NCBI RefSeq assembly: GCF_018350175.1
Contig: NC_058368.1
Coordinates: forward strand, 109,556,001 to 109,620,000
Reading direction: 5' to 3'
Source of the DNA: Felis catus
Lineage: Eukaryota
Length of the DNA: 64,000 nucleotides
Part shown: positions 25,470 through 37,200 of the stretch, one piece after another
Layout of the letters: the number at the start of each line of letters is the position of its first letter
How positions within the stretch are numbered: the stretch's first letter is position 1
Program-made: the position numbers and the translations under genes
Notes under the pieces: generated by a model
What the model was told of the DNA's origin: nothing
The model's database searches: none
Seen by the model: the letters and a program-made list of their open reading frames with translations, nothing else

Positions 25470-26640
25470 CGCCCTGCATCCCGCCTTAGGAAGCGCTTCC
25501 GGAGAGAAGCTGGCGGCTGCGGGGGTGACCTCTGTCCTCCTACCGCCATCAACAGCCGGTTATCAACGGCTTGCCCACTTCTTGAAGACTTCTGGGGCGC
25601 GACCTGAGGAAACGTGATTATTCTACCCAGGGAAAGTCTACACCCCGCCAGTGCATTCTATGACCGCGGCAGCCGAGAAAAGCCCCGGATGCAAGCCCCT
25701 GGTACTGATTCTGATTCTCGTCACCGATGGTCTGAAAATAACCGAACCCCTTTAGCGGCCGGACCAGAGCGCACACAGTCACGTAGGGAGGCCCCACGGC
25801 GGGCGTCAGGGCGCCCTCCACAGGCGCAGGACCCATAGGTCCTCGGCGGGAGCGCCTTTGACGCTGGCTGGCCCCCTTTCTCTCCACCTCAGTTCCCCTC
25901 GGCCCCGGCCGTCGCACGGAGAGGCAAGGGGCTGAGATAGTCGGCGGGTAGTCCACAGACCCCAAAGGCCGCCGCGGAGTCCGCAGCCGGCGCTTGGCCC
26001 CGCCAATCCACCGGGCCACCCGACCCGGCCACTCTTCTCCAGAAGGGGGAACAACGGTGCCTCCCCCTGGAGACGGCAGGAAAATGGTATTCCCCGGAAG
26101 TGACTTCACGGCCTCCCGGAGCGGCTTCCACTTAGCGGAAGTGACGGAAGGAGGCTGGTGGTTCCCGAGGCTGTGGAGGGCGAGGTGACCCCCGCGCGGG
26201 AGTGAGGTCCGGTTGTGCGGTCGTGGTGGCCCCTGGGAGGGTGGAGGCGGCGCCTGGGCCGGGAAGGATGGAGGGCGCCGGGGAGGACCTCTTGGGTGGA
26301 AGCGGCGCGTCCGGAGAGTGAGGCAAGCGCCTGTCGACCCTCGGTGTTGCAGGAGCCGTCACGACCATGGGCCGCGAGTTTGGGCATCTGACGCGGATGC
26401 GGCATGTGATCACCTACAGCTTGTCACCCTTCGAGCAGCGCGCCTTCCCGCACTACTTCAGCAAGGGCATCCCCAACGTGCTGCGCCGCACGCGGGCGTG
26501 CATCCTTCGCGTCCTGCCGCGTGAGTGCCTTGGCCGGGTAGGGGGGCTGGACTTCCATCACACCCCAACAGCGGGTCCCTTCCGTGAGCACTGTCGGTAG
26601 GGCAGGCACTCCGCAACTTGCGACACGCCCCGTTTCTCAC
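25470..26640. promoter_or_regulatory. UQCRQ: CpG-island promoter of UQCRQ with tandem ETS/GABP sites (CCGGAAGTG 26094-26102; CGGAAGTGACG 26136-26146; CGGAAG 26145-26150) and a CCAAT box at ~26003
   Basis: High CpG density; motifs read directly. GABP/NRF-2 sites are typical of nuclear-encoded OXPHOS genes. Confidence 0.8.
26367..26520 (+). CDS. UQCRQ: Ubiquinol-cytochrome c reductase subunit QCR8, first coding exon
   Basis: [51 protein letters not shown]; Kozak ACCATGG; acceptor TTGCAG at 26347-26352 (upstream non-coding exon likely ends ~26184); donor GTGAGT at 26521. Confidence 0.97.
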
Positions 26641-27195
26641 TGAGTGTTCCTGAAAGCCCTCGTGCTAGTATATCGTCCTGCTTATCTTAACCGATGAGTA
26701 AACTGAGTCACAGACGACTTAAACGACCCGTGCAAGGTCACCTGTGTGATTTCAGCACCTCCCTCTGAGGTCATCTTTACCCACTAAGTAGCGAGGAACT
26801 GTTTGTGTTACATCCGCTTCAGGTAGTGATGAAAATTAGCACAACATTGTGAATTTGCTAAAAACCACAGAAGTGTTCACTTACGTGTTTCTGTTACGTG
26901 CATCGTTATGTGCATAGTTTCTGTGAATTATCTTCATTATCTCATTAAAATATTTAAAATGTGCAACAGGAAAGAGATAGGGGAGGTCTGGTGACAAATT
27001 TTCCAGGGCTGGCCCTTTATTTTGGTCGCCTGTAAAATGAGTGTGTGATATAACCTTCCTTCATCATCTGGTTTAAAAGTGGCTTCTTGGAAACTAGAGA
27101 CAGGGGGGCAGAGCCTGCAGTGAGTCAGAAAAGAAGACTGGGACCCCAGTGTCTTATATGGGTGCACTGCTTACTCTCGCTTTTGATTTTTAAAG

Positions 27196-27290
27196 CGTTT
27201 GTAGGGTTTTATCTTGTCTATACCTGGGGGACCCAGGAGTTTGAGAAATCCAAGAGGAAGAATCCGGCTGCTTATGAAAATGACAAATGA
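27196..27290 (+). CDS. UQCRQ: UQCRQ last coding exon
   Basis: Acceptor TTTTTAAAG; (P)[30 protein letters not shown]; 154+95=249 nt = 82 aa + stop. Confidence 0.97.
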
Positions 27291-27372
27291 GCCACTCATC
27301 TGGATAATGGTTCCCTTCGTCTGAAAGCCCTTCTCTGGGAGAGGAGTCGACACTGTACTGTCTTGAAGACAT

Positions 27373-27378
27373 AATAAA
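27373..27378 (+). terminator. UQCRQ: UQCRQ polyadenylation signal AATAAA
   Basis: AATAAA 83 nt after the stop, followed by GU/U-rich sequence. Confidence 0.8.
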
Positions 27379-28239
27379 CTTCTTATGGACTGCACCGTTG
27401 TCATTTTCCATTTCTGTGAGCAAGTCCTGGATGTGACTGCTAATATTCAAGTTCGTGAACTCCCCTTCCTGGCTTGAGTCCTAAACAGTTTCTCTAGTGA
27501 GTTTGGTGAAGGATCTGAGCTCAGTGCTTGTTCTGTAATCTATGAGAAAGTAGCTGCAGGTGTTCCTGCAGATCATTTGTGAACTGCGGGTTGCCAGGGG
27601 TCTGCTCCCGTAATAACAGTAAGATCTGGTCACTACTGTAATTACGGTGTGTCACATACTCAGCCCTTCACGTGCCTTTAAACCTCACACCTGCCTTTTT
27701 TTTCTAATTATCATTATTGCACACATTTTGCAGATGAGGACACATGCACAATGAGAGTGAGTAATTTGACTAAATGACACAACCAATGATGGTAGAGTCT
27801 GACACTAATGCTTTTAAAGCCATGCTAGACTGCCTTTCCTCCTAGGACAGGCCTTCCTTAGCCAGAGGGGAAGTCAGCTATAAAAGCAGGGGTGAGATCA
27901 CCACTTGGCCCCTAGAGCTGGTGTCAGCAAATTGCCTGTTCTTGTACCAGGCTGCTAATGGTTTTAATCACATACGGCCCAGAAAGCTTAAAATACTCTC
28001 TGGCCTTTGATTGAAAAGTTTACTCTTGTTCTAGAGCCTTTGAATTCTCTTTTTAGTAGAAAGGCCCCTTTCCCTTCACCAGGAGATGGTAGAGGTAGGT
28101 ATGGGTAGTTTACATGCTTCTGGTTCCCTGCTCCATTTCTAGAAACTTTCTCACTTCTTAGGACACTTCCTGCTGGTCCAGAGCAGCAACTTTCCCAGTG
28201 TAGTTCAGCTTCTGGCCCAGGCTGTATTTTTTCTCCTTC

Positions 28240-28450
28240 TTTTCTTTTTATTATTTTTAAAAAATGTTTATTTTAGAGCGAGACAGAGTGTGAGGGGGTA
28301 GGGAGAGAGAGGGAGACACCGAATCCAAAGCAGGCTCCAGCTTCTGAGCTGTCAGCACAGAGCCCAGTGCGGGGCTTGAAATCATAAACTGCGAGATCAT
28401 GACCTGAGCTAAAGTCGGATGTTTAACCAGCTGAGCCACTCAGTTGCCCC
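28240..28450 (-). mobile_element. Can-SINE
   Basis: Reverse SINE body. Confidence 0.85.
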
Positions 28451-31269
28451 TGTTTTATTCTAACAATTATTCTTGCCTTTTAGGAACCAGGATTAAAATA
28501 CTTAGAAACAAAAAACGCTAATAGAAATTGGATTGTGTGGCAGGATAAAGAACCTCTGAGTCTGGTGAACTGGGGCGCATACCCTTTAACCTGTGTTTCT
28601 TCACTGTATGATACAAGCAAGAAATCTGCATCCCTGGGCTTTGAACTTTTTGCCAGTAAGATAATGTGTTAATATAAAGCCATAGGGTTGTAATGGTGAG
28701 ATGAGAGATAAGTAGGTGTCTGGTAGGCTTAACAAAGGACAGCTATGTGATGAAAATTGCCTCACCAAACGTCCAGTTTTCCTGGGCTCTGTCCAAATTT
28801 GTTCCCGGGACTTGCTGTGTATTTGGGTCCTAGACTATTGACAATCTTATGCAGCTGTGGACCTGAAGGTGTAAATGTACCCCTCCTTCACTTTATTTAG
28901 TTTCAACAGGTTCAGGCACCAGGGGAGGGCCACTGCCTTGATGGGCCAGTAACCTGTCCTCTTCCCTCTGACTAGCCTCAAGCTTCCTTGGGGAGATGGC
29001 TACCCTCTCCCCATCTTTTTGGCTCCGTTTTACCCCAAGATGTTATTTCTTCTTGGTTCCTTGACTCCTTTAAAGATAACAGCTCAAAAGTAAACTTAAC
29101 CCTTTTTCAGCACAGACCAGGCCCTGAGTCTGGGTCTGAATACTTTTTATCCCAGGAATGCTCTGAGAAGACCCTGCTACAATCTTTTACTGAAGTTCTG
29201 CTTTGAATAAAATTATTAAAGGCTGCCAGAAGGCTGTCTCTCCCCAAAGGGCTTCTTCCTTCTCTAAGCTGGGGGGGCATGGAACCCTGTGTAGCAGGGT
29301 GATGGGGATGATGGGTTAAAGGCGTGTGTGTGGGGATGTGTTGAGTTATCATAGCTCAGTGCTACTGTACTGGGACCTGGGATTATTTTGGAGACCATTC
29401 TATCTGCAGAGAACTGTAAAGAAAAGAACTTTTAAAGTCTCTTAAGGAAGAAGGGGACCACTGCCATGGGCCTTAATGCCTATAACCCACCCACTTGGAG
29501 CCTCCAGCCCTGGCTGTGGCTCAGTCCTCTGCTTCCAGGGCACAACCACTTAACTCATCTAGCCCTTCTTTTCCTCAGCACTGCCCCGCCCCCACAAGGG
29601 CTCTTATCTCTGGGCTGTAGAATGCAGTGAAGTGAACTCCGCTTTGCCAACAAAGTCCTCGAGATGCAGGCCTACCTAGTGTAGGGCCAGAAGTCTGTGC
29701 CAGTTCCAGCCAGCAAAAAAGCAAATACACTTTGACCCTTTGTTGAAGTTTTACCTGGAAAAGTTTTTCCATTTCAGAGTCTTTCATTTTTTATTAGACA
29801 TGTCCTGCTCAGGGACAGCAAAAAAGTCTCCAGTTACGGCCAAGCCCTAATGGTCTCCTCTCCATCTGGAATGTGTTTCAAACTGCTCATGTAGCTACAC
29901 CCTCTTTCTCTCATTTCATCCTCGGCACTTACCTCAGCAGCAGAAAATCCCTGGGAGTTGTAATCAGAGTTACCGAGCTATAAGCTATCCAACATGCTTC
30001 TCATTTTCTTCTTGTAAATTAATCATTTGAACCCCCCCCCCCCCCCCCCCCCACCAAATGTCAGTGGCTGAGAGGTCTCAGATCTCCTCCCATCTCACTG
30101 AGAGAACAAGAGACTGAAGCTCAAAGGGAAAGGACTGACCACTGGTCAGTTAACCCAGACCCCAGGCTCCTGCCTCCCAGCCAAGCATTGTTTTCTCTTT
30201 ATGGCTGAGATTGTTAAAGGCTGCTTAGACCTTTCTGCTGGAGGAAGATGTAGTTGTATGCTTATTCATTCAGCAAATACTTGACTGTACAGAGCCCATT
30301 GATTATTTTTATTTATTTCAGGAATAGGCATTCACAGCTATTCAAGGGCTATGGGATGGTTGCAGCTTCATGCTGTCCAGATGCCACTTTCCTTTTCAAA
30401 CTTTGATTTTTGCTCCATGTTTAACTTAAACAACTACAGAGGTAATGTAGGCACATTTTGGAATACTTTTCCTAACCAGGGTTCCTTCCATGGGCAGTGA
30501 ACTGATGGGACTTTCCTCTTGGGAGGGGAGGTGGCAAACAAGATTGAGGCTTGAATCCCAAAGGCTTCTGCAGTGCTGTCACACTCATTATGATACATAA
30601 GACTTTATCCCCCTGTACACAATGGACCCTCAGGCTTTTTCCTTCCCTGGGGAATTGGCTAGTTTGATTTTGCTTGGAGTAGAGGAAGGCAGAAATGAAA
30701 GATAAGGAGAAACCATGTTTGGAACTAGCAGTTTCCAAATCCCATTTGGCAGATTATGCTCTTTAAGGGGAGTCTGGCACGGAGGCCACAGACCTGTCTC
30801 TAGGACATCACGTTGTCAGTCTTTTGCTTATCTAATCAAATTTGTGTTCTTACCCAATGTTCACTAGGTCATCACATAGCTTCTTCCCCACTCCACAGAG
30901 GTTCCTGGTTAAGCCCCTACCTGTGCTGATTCAACATCCAAGCTCAGGCCTAAGGGGAAGGAGCAACCAGCTAGTCTGTTTCTTCAAGTTCCTGAAGTGC
31001 AAGTAGTGGTGTCTCCCTCAGGGCCTGGCTGCACGGTCATCAGTGGACTGGGACCAGGACCGTCAGATCTGTGGCCACACCCCACTCCCCTAGCTCCAGT
31101 TCTGAGGTCCATCTTCCCACCCTCTGCTCCCTCAATAAGACGATTGGCATCTATGCTGTCCTATCTTCTGCTGTTCTGCGTCTCCTCCACTTTACCTTGC
31201 AGAACAGGCAACCTCAAACCAAATACCCATCCTGATGATAAGGGCCTTGGAAAGAGGTATCAGCCAAGC

Positions 31270-31483
31270 TTTTTTTTTTTTTTTTTAATATTTATTTTTG
31301 AGAGAGACCGAGACAGTGTGTGAGCAGGGGACAGACAAAGAAGTGGGGAGACAGAATCTGAAGCAGGCTCCAGGCTCTGAGCGGTCGGCACAGAGCCCAA
31401 TGCAGGGCTCAAACTCACGACCTGTGCGATCATGACCTGAGCTGAAGTCGGTTGCCCAACCGACTAAGCCACCCAGGGACCCC
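31270..31483 (-). mobile_element. Can-SINE
   Basis: Reverse SINE body; GTATCAGCCAAG duplicated on both sides. Confidence 0.88.
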
Positions 31484-32414
31484 GTATCAGCCAAGTTTTT
31501 AGGGAGACACCAAGGAATCTTGTTACATCTGTCTTGGCTTAACCTTCCAGGTCATAGGAGGGATCGGAAGTCCTATCAATCTTACTGGTAAGTTACAGCT
31601 CTTTCCCCCACATTTATCAAAATGCCCATGTCATTTAAGGAGTACCCATAACACCTCATGACTTAGCTACACGCACTTTCTTGTTCTAGCCATCTGCAGC
31701 TGTTCCTACGGAAGCTGATGGATGTTTTGTGCTTTGGCAATATCTCAGCCCTAGGCCTGCTCCCCTGAGGCTGCTAGAAGGCTATGCTCTGCAGATGATC
31801 CCAGTCACCTACTGGGCAGAAAGCCTGTAATTCCAGGATTGCTGTCATATGTCACCACCATCAAGCAATCCCACTGATTTAGGACCCCTGCTAACTCATT
31901 CACATTTTTAAAAACAAAACCACCTATACTCATTCATTCTATTCACCCATAGTTCAAGTAAGTCCCATATCAGTCTTGATTGCCCTTCCCCTGGGAAAAG
32001 GCAGGTAGGCCAGACTTTGAACTTGCCACAGCTGGGTCCATTCTTCTAGTGGGATGATCCGGAGCAGATAACTGGATGAGAGTCCATCTGTACAAAAGGG
32101 GGATCTGGGGCCATTGTTAGATCACATATGCTGAAGCAACTTCCCAAAGAAGGGAGCTAAGGGCCTTATCCAATTGCCTGCAACATGATAGACTGGTGCT
32201 TCTTTCCTAGACAAGTCTGAAAAGGGGTCAACACTATTTCTGAAGACCTCACTATTAGAATTTTATTTTGATTACGGTGACCTCACTAAGCTATTTTGGA
32301 ATCAAAGTGTGGCTAGGTGCCTGGTTTCCCTCAGTGGCTTCACGTGGCCTTCAAAGGGAAGGAGAGGGTGGTGCTTTTGGTAAAATGGGTAATAGCGTCC
32401 AAGCCAGTAACATA

Positions 32415-32590
32415 ATCACTCAAAGTCCAAATGAGGGATCAGTAAATACAACGTGCCTGAAAGGCAGGCCTTGAGCACATTCCTCTGGTAGACATTAACT
32501 TATTACATCGACCGTGGTTGCAAATATAAACTTTGCCCCCATCTCACCTGGCAACCATAAAAGTGGTGAATTTGAGTCTATAAAAGGAAG
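32415..32590 (+). promoter_or_regulatory. LEAP2: LEAP2 promoter: TATA box TATAAAA at 32579-32585 with HNF4-like (32421-32429, 32527-32539) and forkhead-like (32442-32448, 32520-32526) sites
   Basis: Motifs read directly; TATA lies 60 nt upstream of the ATG. Consistent with known liver/intestine expression of LEAP2. Confidence 0.75.
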
Positions 32591-32638
32591 TGGGAACTGC
32601 CCCCGGATTTCAGGCTCCAACAGCCTCCCTCTGTCAAG

Positions 32639-32695
32639 ATGTGGCATCTCAAACTCTTTGCGGCGCTCATGATCTGCTTGCTGCTGTTGGACCAG
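32639..32695 (+). CDS. LEAP2: Liver-expressed antimicrobial peptide 2, exon 1 (signal peptide)
   Basis: MWHLKLFAALMICLLLLDQ; donor CAG|GTAAG. Too short for the ORF track. Confidence 0.95.
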
Positions 32696-32914
32696 GTAAG
32701 AAGTGGGTGTACAGGGATTGTGGTGGTGTGGAGGGGTGGGTGTGGCGGGGGGGGGGGGGTAGATTGTAGGCCGAACTTGAGAACCAGACTCAGCCCTTGA
32801 GGAAAAGTCCCTCTGCTCTGAGTCTACAGCATCCTGGCAGTGAGCATTCTCCCAAGGTGCACAGAAAGGGGTCACCTCTTCCACGCCTGAACTTTACTGG
32901 TCTTTGCCCTACAG

Positions 32915-33054
32915 GTAGATGGCTCCCCCATGCTGGAACCGAGTTCAACAAAGAGAAGGCCACGGAGAATGACTCCATTTTGGAGAGGGGTTTCCCTCAG
33001 GCCCATCGGATCCTCTTGCAGAGACGATTCTGAGTGTATCACGAGGCTGTGCAG
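32915..33054 (+). CDS. LEAP2: LEAP2 exon 2 (propeptide, RPRR furin site, mature N-terminus)
   Basis: [46 protein letters not shown](R); acceptor CCCTACAG, donor AG|GTAACT. Confidence 0.97.
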
Positions 33055-33345
33055 GTAACTCCAAAAACTTGGGAGAAGGGCAGAGGACAGAAGAGCACAC
33101 ACGCAGATCTAAGAATAAAACTGGGAGAGGCGACTGCCTGGGCTGTAGCCAGGAGTTCCATGGAGAATCCCTCAGGACTTGAGAACCAAGAACAGCTCAA
33201 CAAAGTTAGCATGGAAGGTGGTGCCTTTCCTTTCTGCAGTCTATCCTGAGGTTAGATAGAGCCAGGAGAGGAAGGAAACACAGAAGACATGTCTCTGGGC
33301 ACTGCTAAACCTTTGTCTTAAAAACCACCTTTTCTTTTCCTTAAG

Positions 33346-33382
33346 AAAAAGACGCTGTTCCCTAAGCGTGGCCCAGGAATGA
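33346..33382 (+). CDS. LEAP2: LEAP2 exon 3
   Basis: (R)KRRCSLSVAQE*; acceptor TTTTCCTTAAG; total 234 nt = 77 aa + stop. Candidate polyA signals ATTAAA at 33610 and AATAAA at 33758. Confidence 0.96.
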
Positions 33383-34239
33383 CGTACACACCGGGGGAAA
33401 AGAGGACAGCATTCACCTACACAATGCTCCATTCTATGGAATACTGATGAACTGCATTTTGGCTGGAGACACTTAAGTGAAGCAGTTTTGTGTTTTTAAT
33501 ATTTAAAGACAGATATATGCTTTAAACTGGTCTCCGTTTCTTCTTAGAATGTTATGTAGATAAGCTTAACTAAACTTGTCAATTTAGAGTTTATTTTTCT
33601 ATGTATACTATTAAACGTCTCAAACTGAAATTTTCAGTCTCAAATTCAAGTTTTTGAGGGGAAAAAGGATTCATTTTGTATGCTACAGAAAAACCCCAAC
33701 ATTGCCTAGTAACAGACTACTCAATCTGGAAAGGACAGTGAAAGTGAACATGTAAGAAATAAAGAACACAATGGCAGGCTGCAAGAGAAAAGTTTCGTAA
33801 GAGCCAGAGGATCAGCCTTGGCAAGTTCACAAGCTGTGGCCCTGGATCCCAGCCCTTCGCTCCAGGTCAGAACTCTTCAGCAAGGCCTCAGACATGGGCA
33901 GTGTCGGCACTTAATGCCCGACGATGGGCCCAAGTCTGTCTATGACTGAAAAGGAGGCAGAACTGGAAGAAAAAAATCTAGTTTAATAAAACAATAAAAC
34001 CCAAGCCCCCAAGAACAGCAGAAAAGACTTTTCTGAGTTCTACTGGAGCAGGGTGAACTGTGATCTACGCAAAAGGATGCATGGCCAGCAAGTTCAGAAT
34101 TTCTGTCATCAGAAAAGGAGAGCCGGACTAGGGGACCAGACTCTTCAAGCAGAGAAGCAGTAGACACTAAGCTACAAAAGAGAAGTTACATGAAAAGGCA
34201 GAGTAAGAGTGGAAGAAGTTTAAAGAGCACAGTGTTTAT

Positions 34240-37200
34240 AAACTTTAATACAGAAAATCTATTTGATATTTATTAAACTTAGTTTCTCCAGCTATGGTTT
34301 GGCATTATACAAAGCATCTTAATGACACAGTAGAGTTAAAAAGATCTTTACAAATTGAAATGTGATACCCTTGTCTCCAAATATTTTAATTGCCATAAAT
34401 TTGTTTAAAAATACACATTAAACGCATGTTTGACACTCTAAACTTTCTATAATCTCAATACCACAAAATACATATAATATACTATACAGATGTGGAAAAA
34501 TCTAGTTAGTATATAATACTTTGCTCACCATTAACAGCTTTATTATGTGAAATGCACATACTTAGAAATCCTAGCTTTTGAGCCCCAAAGTACCTCTGAA
34601 ATTTTAATGTATTGCAACAAATAAAAATCACAGTATATAATTGAAATTTTGGTTGAAAATGTCAGATGCTTAAATATTTTGGATAAAAGAAATGTAAAAC
34701 AAAGATTTGGATCATGTACAAAACAAAGGCATCCTATCAGACACTAACAGTACCTTTCTGCAAAATCAACAAGGCTTTTTATCAGCGGCATTGCTTCCCC
34801 TCCAAAACCCTCCCCAAATATCAAACCGTTATTCACCAAATAATTTTAATGTCAAATAAGATAAAAGGATTCAATAAATATATAAGCATTTCCATCCTCC
34901 ATATACAAAATTTCTTAAAACCATTCAAAACGGAGGCTAGATAGAAATTTTCATAACCGTGCTAACCAACCTACCTCACATCTGGTCCTCAAAAGTAGTG
35001 CCTTTTTAGGCACTGCCATCCGGGCCAGCTCTGTTGGTGAGCCCCGCCCCCCCCCCACCCAAACCCCAGTACTGTTGAACGCTCATGTCAGTGATTTGCC
35101 AGGTGTGTGCATAAAGTTTTAAAAGGGGGACACTTCTTGAACAGTAACAACAAACTCAACAGTATGGATAACCATGGCATTGATTTGAAAGGCAGCATTT
35201 CCAAACATATTTTCCAGAGAGGAACATAGCCAGTAGAAAATTCCAGTGGTTGAAAGCTGAAAAGAAACCCCACGTGGAAACAGTAACAGGTCAAAAACTG
35301 CATATTACTAGAATTTCTGGGTGGGAGCTTTTTTTCCATGCTCATTTAGGAAGCTTTTTTTGTTTGCTTCTTTTTAAGAATGGCAATTTATGCTTAGCTG
35401 AGCAATGGTGGCAAGGAGAGGTCAATGCTGACATTCCAAAAGTCAACTTCATTATGTGATGATTACTTTAGGCTGCTATTTTAGGATGCTTAAAGATCTG
35501 TAAGACGCGGTTTAGACTTAACTCTAATGCCATATTCTGTAACCAGATTCCATCAAAAAGAAGAGATTTAGATATTCTTCCGTTGCTTTTCTAGAGCAGT
35601 GACTTTAATTAACCATACGGTTCAACTGAACAGAATCAGCATCTGCTTTACGTACTACTACTAACTTCCTTCCTGTCACTTGCCAGCCTGGTTCTAGGGT
35701 CTCGATGTCTAAACTGAATTTCTCCGTTACGGAGTATGTCAAAGACAAGCTCACAAAAAACATTGGCCTCTTGTCACTACATATTCCAAATAATTTGACA
35801 CTTATCTCTATTTATTTTACTGAATAGCAACCTTAGATGTGCAATGTTATTTATTATTGGAAAAAAAGTCTGCCTCTCCAACATGTAAATATATGAAAAC
35901 TGAAATGAAATCTGTGTTCCACATAACTAGGGAATATGAGTTATAGGAGTCTACATGAACATGAAATGCTTTGCTTCTGGATTTACTTAGGTTTAAAAAA
36001 AATCATCACAATCTGCCTGAAACAGTCATTCCCATCAGATGTTCCTGGGACCCAGAGGCAAACTCCTATAATTCAAAATACATAATGAGGCCATTTTGTT
36101 CAATTAGCAACTGGAAAATTAAAATCCTTCCCACCCTGTAAGAGCCCTTATTATACTACAGAAGGGCTCAAATATATTCTCAAAGTTAATTTACTACAAA
36201 TCATAGTAATTAAGCTTTAACAATCTAAAAGGAATACACATTGCACCCTTGAACATTAATATTCAAGGTGTCAACAAGAAAGTGTCTTAGATCAATTTAA
36301 TAAATAATGTGGAAATAGTTGCACTAAGCTAAAGTACTAAACACACACATTTTTGACAAACTAATTTCATGTTTTCATACATACATACATATATATAAAG
36401 TGTGTATGTGTACATAATTTTAAAATCCAAAGTTGCATACCCTTACGCCTAGGAAGAGTGCACAGTGTACCTCTCCTCTACACAATCAGGCATCACTGAC
36501 TGGAGCAACCACTGGCTGCTCTGAAACTCCAGAGTGCTGCGAGCCTCCAGAACCAGAACTTTCGTTTAGAACAGGTGCCTTTTGTAGGCTCTTGCTTCAC
36601 AATGCAAGCTCACTCAGTGAATATAATTTCCCAAAGTTTCTGTCATTAAGTACAAAATGATGCTTGTCTGATCTAGCTGATTAAACCTTTCTTTAAGAAA
36701 AAGAAAAAAACAACAATTAAAAACAACAACAACAGTGAATCTAATAAAGCCACAAGTGAATGCAAAGCGCAGCCCAGATGCCTATGGATCCACCAGTGCG
36801 AGAGCTACCCGGAGCACAGGCATGTTGTGGGCACGTGCACACATTACTCTACACTGCTTTTACGTTGGAGAATTAAATTCGTGATGGTCAAGCTTCTCCA
36901 CTCTTCAGCAACTATAGCTGAAGATTGATCTGAAGTACTCATTTCTTATAAAGTTAGTTCTTGGCTACTTGCCCAGGAAAAGGTGGCCCTGAGGCAAGAA
37001 ATGGGCTGAATGCTCCCCAGCCAGACTGGCCCCGGGCTGGACTGTGGAAGCTTGAATCACCTGGAGGGGAGTGTTCCCCACAGCCCAGCCCAGGCTGGGC
37101 AAAACTACCATGTGACAACTTCATCCACTGTCCACTGGATGCCTGTGAAGAGTCCAATGGTGTAGGCTGCTGCCTCCTGGCATACAAGTGTGGTCTTAAA

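Noticed and set aside
25614..26640. Multiple ORFs in the UQCRQ promoter region
   Set aside because: CpG-island artefacts; only the MGREFG frame matches a known protein.
30032..30052. Long poly-C run (also poly-A at ~16163-16194)
   Set aside because: Simple homopolymers or SINE tails with assembly-sensitive length; no functional evidence.
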